Assembly: GCA_963744995.1 (NCBI GenBank)
Contig: CAVUWA010000004.1
Location: 605 to 64,604, forward strand
Length of the DNA: 64,000 nucleotides
Direction of reading: 5' to 3'
From: Candidatus Eiseniibacteriota bacterium
GTDB taxonomy: Bacteria > Eisenbacteria > RBG-16-71-46
This document shows, piece after piece, positions 38,863 to 47,989 of this stretch. The position numbers were made by a program, and so were the translations under genes. The notes under the pieces are model-generated. The model had not been told where the DNA came from, made no database searches, and worked only from the letters and a program-made list of their open reading frames with translations. The stretch's first letter is position 1. Every line of letters starts with the position of its first letter.

Positions 38863-39421
38863 ATGCTCCTCATCGCATTCGGTGTCGTCGTCGTGGTGGT
38901 CCTCGTGCTCGCCGGCATCTACAACGGCCTCGTCGGGCTGCGCAATCGCGCGCAGGCGGCATGGGCCGACGTCGAGGTGCAGCTCAAGCGACGCCATGAT
39001 CTGGTCGGCAATCTGGTCGAAACCGTCAAGGGCTACGCGAAGCACGAGCGGCAGACGCTCGAGCAGGTGATCGAGGCGCGCGGCCGTGCGATGGGAGCGG
39101 TGGGGGTCGGCGGGCCGGCCGCGACGGGGCAGGCCGAGAACGCGCTGACTTCGACGCTGCGCTCGCTGTTCGCGCTCGCCGAAGTCGTATCCGGATCTCA
39201 AGGCCAACCAGAATTTCCAGGACCTGCAGCGCTCGCTCGAATCCCTCGAGACGGACATCCAGAGCGCGCGACGCTACTACAACGCCGTGGTGCGCGACTT
39301 CAACACGAAGATCCAGTCGGTGCCCGACGTGTTCGTGGCGCGGATGTTCGGTTTCAAGGAGCGCGACTTCTTCGAGCTCGAGGATCGCGCGGAGGCCGAG
39401 CCTCCGAAGGTGCAGTTCTAG
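38863..39421 (+). CDS. LemA family membrane protein (one apparent 1-nt insertion near 39188)
   Basis: TM MLLIAFGVVVVVVLVLAGIYNGLV. ...LRSLFALAE, then in the +1 frame YPDLKANQNFQDLQRSLESLETDIQSARRYYNAVVRDFNTKIQSVPDVFVARMFGF. The stop TAG abuts the ATG of the next gene (TAGATG). Confidence 0.75.
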
Positions 39422-41176
39422 ATGAGGCCCTTCGCGTGCGCCGCGGCGCTCGCGGCGCTGCTGCTCGCCGGCATGGACGCGTCGCCCGCCGCCGCCGATC
39501 TCGGCGGCTACGTGATCCGCGGCTTCGACACGCAGATCACGGTCGAGGCGAACTCCGACATCGAGGTGATGGAGCGCATCGAAGTCGAGTTCAGCGAGCC
39601 GCGTCACGGCATCTACCGCACGATCCCGGTGCGCTACAACGATCCCCGCGGTTTCGTCTACACGCTGGGGGTGCGCGTGCAGAGCGTCACGGACGAAGCC
39701 GGGAAGCGCTTCCACACCCGGGTCTCCGACGCCGGTCGCTACATGAAGATCCGCATCGGCGATCCCGACCGCATGGTCCAGGGCCGCATGACCTACGTGA
39801 TCCGCTACCGCGTCCGCGACGCGCTCGGGCACTTCCCCGATCACGACGAGATCTACTGGAACGCCACCGGCAACGAATGGGCGACGACCATCGGCCGCGC
39901 CACCGCGACCGTGCGGCTGCCTGCGCCGCTCGAGGCCGGGGAAACGCAGGCGGCCGGCTACACGGGGGTCGCCGGCAGCCGCGAGCGCGCGGTGACGATC
40001 TCGCATCCCGAGCCGGGCGTCGTGCGCTTCGAGTCGGAGCGGGGCTTCCTGCCTCTGGAGGGCATGACCGTCGCGATCGGCTGGCCGATCGGGCACGTGC
40101 ACTTCCCGTCGGTATGGGAGCGGGCGTGGCGCCTGATCGCCGACAACTGGATCGTGCTGCTGCCGCTCGTGTGGCTGGGCTTCCTGATCCGGCGTTACCG
40201 CATGGTCGGCCGCGACCCCGACCCGAACGCGCCGGTGATGGTGCAGTACGAGCCGCCGCCGGGGCTCACGCCGGGCGGTGTGGGAACGCTGATCGACGAG
40301 ACGGTGGACCCGGCCGACATCACGGCGACGGTGGTCCACCTGGCGATCCGGCGCCATCTCACGATCCGCATCGAGGAGCGCAAACAGCTGTTCGGCATTC
40401 TCAAGCGCGAGGAGACCGTGTTCAGACGCGAGAGCCCGCCGGCCGGCGACGCGCTCCTCCCGCACGAGCGCAAGGTCATGGACGCGCTGTTCGAGAGTGG
40501 CGACGAAGTGGATGCCGGCGATCTGGCGAACAAGTTCTACGCGTCCATTCCCGGCATCCGGACCGCCCTGTATCGGACGCTCGTGGAGCGACGCTATTTC
40601 GACTCGTCACCCGAAGACGTGCGCACCCGCTACGTGCTGTACGGGCTCGCCGCCGGCCTGGCGACCGCGCTCTTCGGCGCAGGCTGGATGGCGCTGCGCG
40701 GCATCGGCACGCCGCCGCTGGTGCTCGTGCCGGCGGTCGCCGGGCTCCTCACGTGGGCCGTGTTCGGCGCGTTCGCGAACGCGATGCCGCGCCGGACCGA
40801 GGCCGGCGTGCGGGCGCGGCAATGGGCGCTCGGTTTCCAGGAATACGCGCGCCGCGTCGAGGGCGACCGGCTGGAGCGCTCGGCCACGAGTCCGCGCGAG
40901 GCGTTCGAAACGCTGCTGCCCTATGCGATGGCGCTCGGGGTCGCACAGAACTGGGCGCGGCGCTTCGAAGGCATCTACGCGGAGAGTCAGCCGGGCTGGT
41001 TCTCGGGGCCGCACGTGGGGCAGGGCTTCTCGACCCGGGCGTTCGAGCACAGTCTGTCTTCGGCGATGACGCGCACCAGCCAGACCATGACCGCTTCGCC
41101 GCGCTCGTCCAGCGGCTCGGGCGGCGGCGGCTCGTCGGGTGGCGGCGGTGGCGGCGGCGGCGGCGGCTCGTGGTGA
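39422..41176 (+). CDS. DUF2207-family membrane protein with C-terminal Gly-rich tail
   Basis: Signal peptide. An extracytoplasmic domain is followed by TM helices (WIVLLPLVWLGFLI; LAAGLATALFGAGWMAL; LVLVPAVAGLLTWAVFGAF). It ends SGSGGGGSSGGGGGGGGGGSW. Pairing with LemA is the usual arrangement. Confidence 0.7.
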   Translation: MRPFACAAALAALLLAGMDASPAAADLGGYVIRGFDTQITVEANSDIEVMERIEVEFSEPRHGIYRTIPVRYNDPRGFVYTLGVRVQSVTDEAGKRFHTRVSDAGRYMKIRIGDPDRMVQGRMTYVIRYRVRDALGHFPDHDEIYWNATGNEWATTIGRATATVRLPAPLEAGETQAAGYTGVAGSRERAVTISHPEPGVVRFESERGFLPLEGMTVAIGWPIGHVHFPSVWERAWRLIADNWIVLLPLVWLGFLIRRYRMVGRDPDPNAPVMVQYEPPPGLTPGGVGTLIDETVDPADITATVVHLAIRRHLTIRIEERKQLFGILKREETVFRRESPPAGDALLPHERKVMDALFESGDEVDAGDLANKFYASIPGIRTALYRTLVERRYFDSSPEDVRTRYVLYGLAAGLATALFGAGWMALRGIGTPPLVLVPAVAGLLTWAVFGAFANAMPRRTEAGVRARQWALGFQEYARRVEGDRLERSATSPREAFETLLPYAMALGVAQNWARRFEGIYAESQPGWFSGPHVGQGFSTRAFEHSLSSAMTRTSQTMTASPRSSSGSGGGGSSGGGGGGGGGGSW

Positions 41177-41294
41177 GCCGCGCGCGGCGGTGACGCGCGG
41201 CGCATCGAGCGGGCGACGCGCCACGCCCGGATTCATAACGTATCGACCCGTCAACCGGCGCCCGCGCCCGGCCTTCCGGTTCGCGTCCCGGCGA

Positions 41295-42032
41295 CTACGA
41301 CATGCGCCGGATGCGCACCTCGACGCCCTTCACCCCTTTCATGAGGTCGAGGAGCCTGCGCGTGTCGGTCGAGCCGAAGTGGTAGGGGTAGAGCACCTTC
41401 GGCATGAACGCCTGCGCCGCGTCCGCGACCATCTCCGGCGTCATCGTGTACGGCAGGTTCATGGGCAGGAAGGCGACGTCGATGTGCTTCAGCGCCTTCA
41501 TCTCGGGTGTGTTCTCGGTGTCCCCGGCGACGTAGACGCGCTTGTCGCCGAACGTGATCACGTAGCCGTTGCCGGCGCCCTTCGGGTGGAACGCCTCGCC
41601 GTTGTCGCGCTTGTGAACGAGGTTGTACGCGGGCACCGCCTCAATGCGCAGGCCGTCGATCGTCTTCACGTCGCCGTTCTTCATCACGATGCCGCCGTCG
41701 ATTTCCTTCGCACAGCGCCCGGTGAGCACGACGACCGTCGAGTCGGTGCGGATTGCGGCAACGGCCTTCGGATCGAGGTGGTCCTGGTGCTCGTGCGTGA
41801 TCAGCACCAGGTCGGCCTTCGGGAGGGTGGAGTAGTCGGCCAGCCGGCCCCAGGGATCGACGTGAATCACGCGCCCGCCGTAGCGGAACATCAGCGTGCC
41901 GTGGCCGATGAAGGTCATTTCCAGGTCGCCCCCGGACGTGTGGATCGTATCCACCTCGAACGGTTCCTTCGCGTCGAGCTTCGCGGGAACGGTCATGGCG
42001 AGCAGCAGGAGCAGCAGATGGGTGGAGCGCAT
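41295..42032 (-). CDS. MBL-fold metallo-hydrolase
   Basis: RBS GGAGGA. Signal peptide MRSTHLLLLLLAMTVPA. HxHxDH motif LVLITHEHQDHLD. Further metal ligands VAGDTEN and YHFG. Confidence 0.7.
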   Translation of the reverse strand: MRSTHLLLLLLAMTVPAKLDAKEPFEVDTIHTSGGDLEMTFIGHGTLMFRYGGRVIHVDPWGRLADYSTLPKADLVLITHEHQDHLDPKAVAAIRTDSTVVVLTGRCAKEIDGGIVMKNGDVKTIDGLRIEAVPAYNLVHKRDNGEAFHPKGAGNGYVITFGDKRVYVAGDTENTPEMKALKHIDVAFLPMNLPYTMTPEMVADAAQAFMPKVLYPYHFGSTDTRRLLDLMKGVKGVEVRIRRMS

Positions 42033-42229
42033 CTCGATCCTCCGCGGGAGGGGCAGCGAACGGCACGTCGAAAACCGCGGCCACGGACGCCCACACCCTA
42101 AGCCGTCGGCGGCGTGGGCCTCAACCGTTGCCGCGCTGGCCCTCCGGGGGCGCAAACAACCCTCCCTCGCCGCCGCTGGCGGGCGTAGACTTTCTGGCAG
42201 GCCGCTTCAGATCCGCGGGAGGCCGCAAC

Positions 42230-42910
42230 ATGCGTTCCTGCATTCGCCCTTCGTTGGGATCCATGCTCGCCATCGCCATCGCGCTGGCGGTATCGACGCC
42301 GGCCCGCGGCGGTGTGTGCCCGGCGAGCCGGTACCTGGTGACCGGCACCACGCCGGTCACGACCACCGCGGGGACCTTCGAGGCCGACGACTCGGGGCAT
42401 CACGTCGCGGCCGATCTCGGGCAGGGACACGTCGAGATGAGTCAGCCGGGCACGCTGGCGACGACGTGGGTCGACGCGGCCGACGCGTACGACGTCAGCG
42501 GCGTCGCGCCCGGCACCGCGGTGCCGCTCACGGCCCTGTTCGACGTGAACGGTTCGGTCTCGACCCCCGGATGCGGCGGCAGCGGGTGCAGCGGCTACGT
42601 GACGATCCGGATCACGCACGGCGCGGCCTATGCCGAGACGACCTACTCGATTGGCCTCTTCAACGGCAGCCAGTCCTTTCACGACGTGCGCCGGTTGCCG
42701 GTCACGATCGTCGCCGGCACGCCCGAGGTCGTGAGCTTCAAGCTGCTCGGCGGACGCGCGCCCGGCGGTGACCATGCGTCCGAGGGCCGCGGTCAGATCG
42801 GTTTTGCGGATCTCCCGGCCGGCGTTGCCGTCATCTCGTGCCAGGGATTCGGCGGCGCGACGCCGGTTTCGCGCAGGAGCTGGGGGGCGTTGAAGACGAT
42901 CTATCGGTGA
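42230..42910 (+). CDS. Hypothetical secreted protein
   Basis: RBS GGGAGG. Signal peptide MRSCIRPSLGSMLAIAIALAVSTPARG. Cys pairs are present. No recognisable family. Confidence 0.45.
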   Translation: MRSCIRPSLGSMLAIAIALAVSTPARGGVCPASRYLVTGTTPVTTTAGTFEADDSGHHVAADLGQGHVEMSQPGTLATTWVDAADAYDVSGVAPGTAVPLTALFDVNGSVSTPGCGGSGCSGYVTIRITHGAAYAETTYSIGLFNGSQSFHDVRRLPVTIVAGTPEVVSFKLLGGRAPGGDHASEGRGQIGFADLPAGVAVISCQGFGGATPVSRRSWGALKTIYR

Positions 42911-43036
42911 TTCGCCGCGCGACGAGCGTCGCGATCGGAGGCACGAGCGCCATCCGGCGACGGCCCGAAGTATCGAGCACGGTGATTGGACATGCCTCTG
43001 ACATATCCGCGATGGGGGAGCGGCTAGGGTGCGCAC

Positions 43037-43507
43037 ATGGCGACCTACACACTGACCGTGAACGGCCGCGAACATGCGGTCGACGTCGAACCGGACACCC
43101 CGCTGCTGTGGGTGCTGCGCGACGTCATCGGTCTCACCGGCACCAAGTTCGGCTGCGGCGAAGGCGTGTGCGGCGCGTGCGCCGTCCATGACGCCGAAGG
43201 CCGCGCGCTGCGCTCGTGCATGACGACGATCCTCGACGCGGCGGGTGGCCGCTTCACGACCGTCGAGGGACTGGGCCGCGACTCGCTGCACGCCGTACAG
43301 CAGGCGTGGCTCGACGAAGACGTCGCCCAGTGCGGTTACTGCCAGCCCGGCATGATCATGACCGCCGCCGCGCTGATCACCGAGAAGCCCGAACCGAGCG
43401 ACGCCGACATCGACGAGGCCATGGCGAGTTCCGTCTGCCGCTGCGGCACCTACAACCGGATGCGCGTGGCGATCCGCCGCGCCGCCCGCGAAATGCGCCG
43501 CGGATGA
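43037..43507 (+). CDS. (2Fe-2S)-binding small subunit of a xanthine-dehydrogenase-family molybdo-oxidoreductase (IorA/CoxS-like)
   Basis: [11 protein letters not shown] and [10 protein letters not shown]...CRCGTYNRM cysteine clusters. The stop overlaps the next start (ATGA). Confidence 0.85.
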   Translation: MATYTLTVNGREHAVDVEPDTPLLWVLRDVIGLTGTKFGCGEGVCGACAVHDAEGRALRSCMTTILDAAGGRFTTVEGLGRDSLHAVQQAWLDEDVAQCGYCQPGMIMTAAALITEKPEPSDADIDEAMASSVCRCGTYNRMRVAIRRAAREMRRG

Positions 43508-45746
43508 CGCTCAGCCGCCGTGAATTCCTGCGCCGTTCGGCGATGGCAGGGGGGAGCCTGGTGATCGCGGCGTGGCTCCCGGAGCTGGCGTTCGGCGAGG
43601 AGGAGAAGACCGGCGTCGATTTCGAGCCGAACGTGCTGATCCGGATCTCGCCCGACGACGTGGTGACGCTCACGGTGATCCGCCACGAAATGGGGCAGGG
43701 GGTCCGCACGCTGCTGCCGATGATCATGGCCGAGGAGCTCGAGGCCGACTGGAGCAAGGTGATCATCGAGCAGGCGGTGACCGGTCCGAAATTCAAGGGC
43801 ATCCGCCTGCACACGAGCGGCAGCGGCACCACGCGCGGTACCTGGGACGGCCTGCGCAAGGCCGGGGCGATGGGCCGCGAGATGCTCGTGGCCGCCGCCG
43901 CGGAAGCCTGGGGCGTCCCCGCGTCGTCGTGCCGTGCCCTGAACGGCCGGGTGCTCCACGAAGCGAGCGGACGGCGGCTGAGCTACGGCGCGCTGGCCGG
44001 GCGTGCCGCGCAGCAGCCGAAGCCCGAATCGCCGCGGCTCAAGGAGCCTTCGGAGTTCCGCTTCATCGGCAAGTCCATGAAGCGCATCGACGGTCCTGAC
44101 GATCGTCACCGGCCGCGCCGTGTACGGCATGGACGTGCGGGTCCCGGACATGGTGTTCGCCAGCATCGAGCGTCCGCCCGTGCTGGGCGGGAAGCTGGTG
44201 CGCTACGACGATGCGGCCGCACGCCGCATCGAGCGGCGTGATCGGCACGATGCCGGTGCGCGCCGGCATCCAGCAGGGCGTGGCGGTGATCGCGAACTCC
44301 ACGTGGGCGGCGATGCGCGCGCGCCGGGCGCTCGAGATCACGTGGGACCGGGGGCGCCAGGCGGATTTCGATTCCGACCGTTTCGCGGCCGATCTCGAGG
44401 GCTGGTTCGAGCGCGCGACCTACCGCGTGCGCCACGAAGGCGACGCGCCCGCCGCGCTCGCCGCCGCGGCGCGGCGCCACCAGGCCACGTACGCGTTCCC
44501 GTTCCAGGTGCATGCGCCCCTCGAGGTGATGAACTGCACGGCCGAGGTGCGCGCCGACCGCGCGGAGTTCTGGGCGCCGACCCAGACGCAGTTCCGCTGC
44601 ATGCAGCAGGCGGTGAAGGTCACGGGCCTTCCCGAGGATTCGATTCGCATTCACGCCGTTCTGATGGGCGGCGGTTTCGGACGCCGGCTGTTCGCCGACT
44701 ACCTGGCGGAGGCCGCGGAGATCTCGAAGTCCATCGCGCGCCCGGTGCAGGTCGTGTGGACCCGCGAGGACGACATGCGCCACGGCTACTTCCAGCCGTG
44801 CACGGCGCAGCGCTTCACCGCCGGGCTCGACGCGGCCGGTCGACTGGTGGCGCTCGAGCACCGCACGACGACCTCGTCGCTGACGATCTACGACATTCAC
44901 GACGGTCGTGACCTCTACGGCGACACGCCGCTGCCGCGCCCGGAGCCGGACTCGTTCGAGAGCGGCCAGTCACCGTGGGGCGCCTACGACAACCCATACG
45001 CGATTCCGAACCTCAAGGTGGATGCGGCGTCGGTGCCGAGTCCGGTGCCGCACGGGCCGTGGCGCGCGGTCGAGTATCCGTCCACGGTGTGGGGCCGCGA
45101 GTCGTTCCTCGATGAGCTCGCGCATCTGGCCGGCGTGGATCCGCTCGCCTACCGGATGAAGCTGCTGGAAGGCGGCGTCCGGCAGGTCGGACCGTTCCCG
45201 ATCGACGGCGGGCGGCTGCGTGCCGTGCTCGCGCTCGCCGCGGAGAAGTCCGGATGGGGCACGAAGCCCGCTGCCGGCGACGGACGCCTGCGCGGCAGGG
45301 GCATCGCCGCGAACGTGTACCACGCCGGCAGCTACATGGCGCAGGTGGCCGAGGTCTCGGTCGCGCCCGACCTGTCCGATCTGCGCGTCGAGCGGATCGT
45401 GTGCGCGATCGACTGCGGGCGCATGCTGCACCCCGAGGGCCTCATGGGGCAGGCCGAGAGCGGCATCACCTGGGGGCTCTCGTACACGCTCGGCGGCAAG
45501 GTGGACTTCCGCAACGGGCTCGCCGTGCCGCGCGGCTACGACGATTTCACGGTCATGCGCATGGACCGCATGCCGCGGGTCGAGATGCACGTGGTGCCCG
45601 CCGCCCATCGCCCGGGCGGGTTCGGCGAGCATCCGGTGCCGATGGCGGCGCCGGCCGTCGGCAACGCGGTCTTCGCCGCGACCGGCCTGCGCGTGCGGCA
45701 GTTGCCGATCACGCCGGCCGCACTGCAGGCGGCGCAGCGCGGCTGA
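43504..45746 (+). CDS. Molybdopterin-binding large subunit (IorB/aldehyde-oxidoreductase-like) with Tat signal; two +1 frame changes (~44090-44120 and ~44215-44235)
   Basis: Tat motif [24 protein letters not shown]. The xanthine-dehydrogenase-family Mo-binding fold continues across ORF 44120 ([24 protein letters not shown]) and ORF 44211 (...GGGFGRR..., ...[20 protein letters not shown]...). Confidence 0.75.
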
Positions 45747-45846
45747 GCGCCGACGGCCGCGCCACGGCGTCCATCGGCAGGCTTGCTGCTCATCGCCTGC
45801 GCGCCGCCGCCGGTCTGCGCGTTTCCTTCATGCGCTTCGCTCCGGC

Positions 45847-46743
45847 ATGATGCGCGCCATGTCCGCTTCGACCCTATTGCGCGTCGGTCTCGCCGGCGCC
45901 GGCCCCTGGGCCGCAAAGGCTTATGCGCCGATGCTCGCCGAGGGAGAAGGGACGGCGCTCGCCGGCATCTGGGCACGCCGCCCGGAAGCCGCGCACGCGC
46001 TCGCCGCGGCCCACGGCGCCCGGGCCGTCGCCTCGTTCGACGCCCTGCTCGAGCTGAGCGATGCGATCGCGTTCGCGGTGCCGCCCGACGTGCAGGTCGA
46101 GCTGGCGATCCGCGCCGCGCGCGCCGGGAAGCATCTGCTGCTCGACAAGCCGCTCGCGCTCACGCTGGATGAGGCGCGCCGGCTGGCGGCCGAGGTCGAG
46201 CGGGCGGGCGTCGTCAGCCAGCTGATGCTCACGCAGCGCTTCCGTCCGGCCGCGACGAAGTTCATCGCGGACGCGCGGCGGGCGGCCGGCATCGGCGCGC
46301 GGCTGGCGTTCCTGTCGAGCGCGTTCGTGCGCGGCCCGTACGCGACCTCGTGGCGACGAGAGCACGGCGCGCTGCACGACCTCGGCCCGCACGCGTTCGA
46401 TCTGCTCGACGCGGCGCTCGGTCCGATCCTGCGCATCGAAGGCCGCGGCGACCCGCGCCGCTGGGTCGCGCTCGTCTGCGAGCATGCGGGCGGCGCGGTG
46501 AGCGAGCTCGCGATGTCCGGCGTCATGGAGCTGCCGCAGTCGGTGTTTCGCATCGACGTCTACGGCACGGGCGAGGTGGTGACGTTCGACGGCGTGGCCG
46601 CCGCGTCCGAGACCCCCTGGCCCGCCGCGCGGCGCGCGTTCATCGACGCCGTGCGTGCCGGGCGCTCCGCGGATCTCGACGTGCGGCGCGGACTGATGCT
46701 GCAGGAGGTGATCGAGCGCGCACGCCTCGCCGTCCTGCGCTGA
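45847..46743 (+). CDS. Gfo/Idh/MocA-family NAD(P)-dependent oxidoreductase
   Basis: Rossmann N-terminus LLRVGLAGAGPWAAKAYAPML.. AIRAARAGKHLLLDKPLALTLDEARRLAA. Confidence 0.7.
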   Translation: MMRAMSASTLLRVGLAGAGPWAAKAYAPMLAEGEGTALAGIWARRPEAAHALAAAHGARAVASFDALLELSDAIAFAVPPDVQVELAIRAARAGKHLLLDKPLALTLDEARRLAAEVERAGVVSQLMLTQRFRPAATKFIADARRAAGIGARLAFLSSAFVRGPYATSWRREHGALHDLGPHAFDLLDAALGPILRIEGRGDPRRWVALVCEHAGGAVSELAMSGVMELPQSVFRIDVYGTGEVVTFDGVAAASETPWPAARRAFIDAVRAGRSADLDVRRGLMLQEVIERARLAVLR

Positions 46744-46834
46744 CGGGCCCGGCACGCCAGCTTAACCGGATGGCCCGCAGCGGCTTCGATCTCCGCCGTT
46801 GACAAGGGCCCGCTCCGACCGGGACCATCTCCTC

Positions 46835-47824
46835 ATGCCGAGCGCACACCGGGTTCCCCCAGACCCGTCCGGCGCGGTTCTCCGCGCGCCGGGCCTTGCG
46901 CGCCGCGCCGCGTTGCGCTGCGCGCCGCTCGTGGCGGCCGCGTGGCTCGCACTCGCCGCGCTTCCGGGCACGGCGCGCGCCCAGTGCGCCGAGGCGCCGC
47001 CGCTCGCGAACTACACCGGCACCACGCGCATCGCGTGCCCGTGCTTCGTTCCCACCGAACAGGCGGGCGTCGTGCTCACCGCACCGGCGGGCGACTATCC
47101 GCTCGAGATCCTGCGTGTCGGCATCGCGTGGGGCTCGCAGTTCGGCGGCTCGCCGCAGTCGCTGGAAGAGGCAATCCACATCTATGCGGGCGGGCTGCCG
47201 AACCCGGGAACGCCGATCTTCTCACTGCCCGGACCGGTGATGACCGACGGTTTCCTCAACGAGTTCGACCTCGAACCGTTGCCGGGTGAGATCACGGTGA
47301 TGTCCGGGCCGTTCACGGTCGCGCTGGAGTTCCTCAATCAGAACGCGGGGGACATCTACGCGCCGAGCGTCGTCAGCGACGGCAACGGCTGCCAGGCGGG
47401 CAAGAACGTGGTGTACGCGCAGCCGGGTGGCTGGAGCGATGCCTGCGGGCTGGGCGTGTCGGGCGATTGGGTCATGTACGCGGTCTACCGGCCGTGCGTG
47501 GGCTCGGTCGGCGTCGGGGACGACACGAAGATCGCGATGTCCGCGCCGCTGCTGCTCATGGCGCCGCGACCCAATCCGGCGCGCGGCGGCGCGACCGAAC
47601 TGGAGTTCGCACTGGCCGAGGCGGGCGACGCCACCCTGACGGTCTACGATGTGAGCGGACGCAGGGTCGCCGTGCCGGCCGCCGGCACCTTTTCCGCGGG
47701 CCCGCACCGCGCGCGCTGGGACGGGCGGATGCTCGACGGGGCCCGTGCCGCCGCCGGCATGTACTTCCTCGAGCTGCGTTCCGGTTCGCATCGCGCCCGG
47801 CGCACGCTGCTGGTCGCCCGCTAG
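46835..47824 (+). CDS. Hypothetical secreted protein with Por/T9SS-type CTD
   Basis: Signal peptide ..AAWLALAALPGTARA. The N-terminal domain is unknown. CTD APRPNPARGGATELEFALAEAGDATLTVYDVSGRRVAVPAAGTFSAGPHRARWDGRMLDGARAAAGMYFLELRSGSHRARRTLLVAR. Confidence 0.6.
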   Translation: MPSAHRVPPDPSGAVLRAPGLARRAALRCAPLVAAAWLALAALPGTARAQCAEAPPLANYTGTTRIACPCFVPTEQAGVVLTAPAGDYPLEILRVGIAWGSQFGGSPQSLEEAIHIYAGGLPNPGTPIFSLPGPVMTDGFLNEFDLEPLPGEITVMSGPFTVALEFLNQNAGDIYAPSVVSDGNGCQAGKNVVYAQPGGWSDACGLGVSGDWVMYAVYRPCVGSVGVGDDTKIAMSAPLLLMAPRPNPARGGATELEFALAEAGDATLTVYDVSGRRVAVPAAGTFSAGPHRARWDGRMLDGARAAAGMYFLELRSGSHRARRTLLVAR

Positions 47825-47920
47825 GGTTTCTGCCGAAAGGTCCGCGCGGGGACGCGGGGGCGGGGGGTCACCGGGGCGCCCTGCACCTCGCATCCGCCGC
47901 GCGGCCCGCACCCGGAGGCG

Positions 47921-47965
47921 GCAAAAAGAAAGCGGCGCGGGATCCGTCCAGGCATCCCGCGCCGC
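47921..47965 (-). terminator. Rho-independent terminator for the coiled-coil gene (11-bp stem GCGGCGCGGGA / TCCCGCGCCGC, U-tract UUUCUUUUUGCC on the minus strand)
   Basis: Inverted repeat 47932-47942 / 47955-47965. The A-tract gcaaaaagaaa at 47921-47931 gives the U-run 3' of the hairpin on the minus strand. It lies 24 nt after the stop at 47990. Confidence 0.65.
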
Positions 47966-47989
47966 GCCGGCTTCCCTGCCGGTGAACGA

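Noticed and set aside
41176-41295. Possible terminator between DUF2207 and the MBL hydrolase gene
   Set aside because: The GC-rich partial repeats (ccgcgcgcggcgg…gcgcggcgc) do not form a clean stem and have no U-tract.
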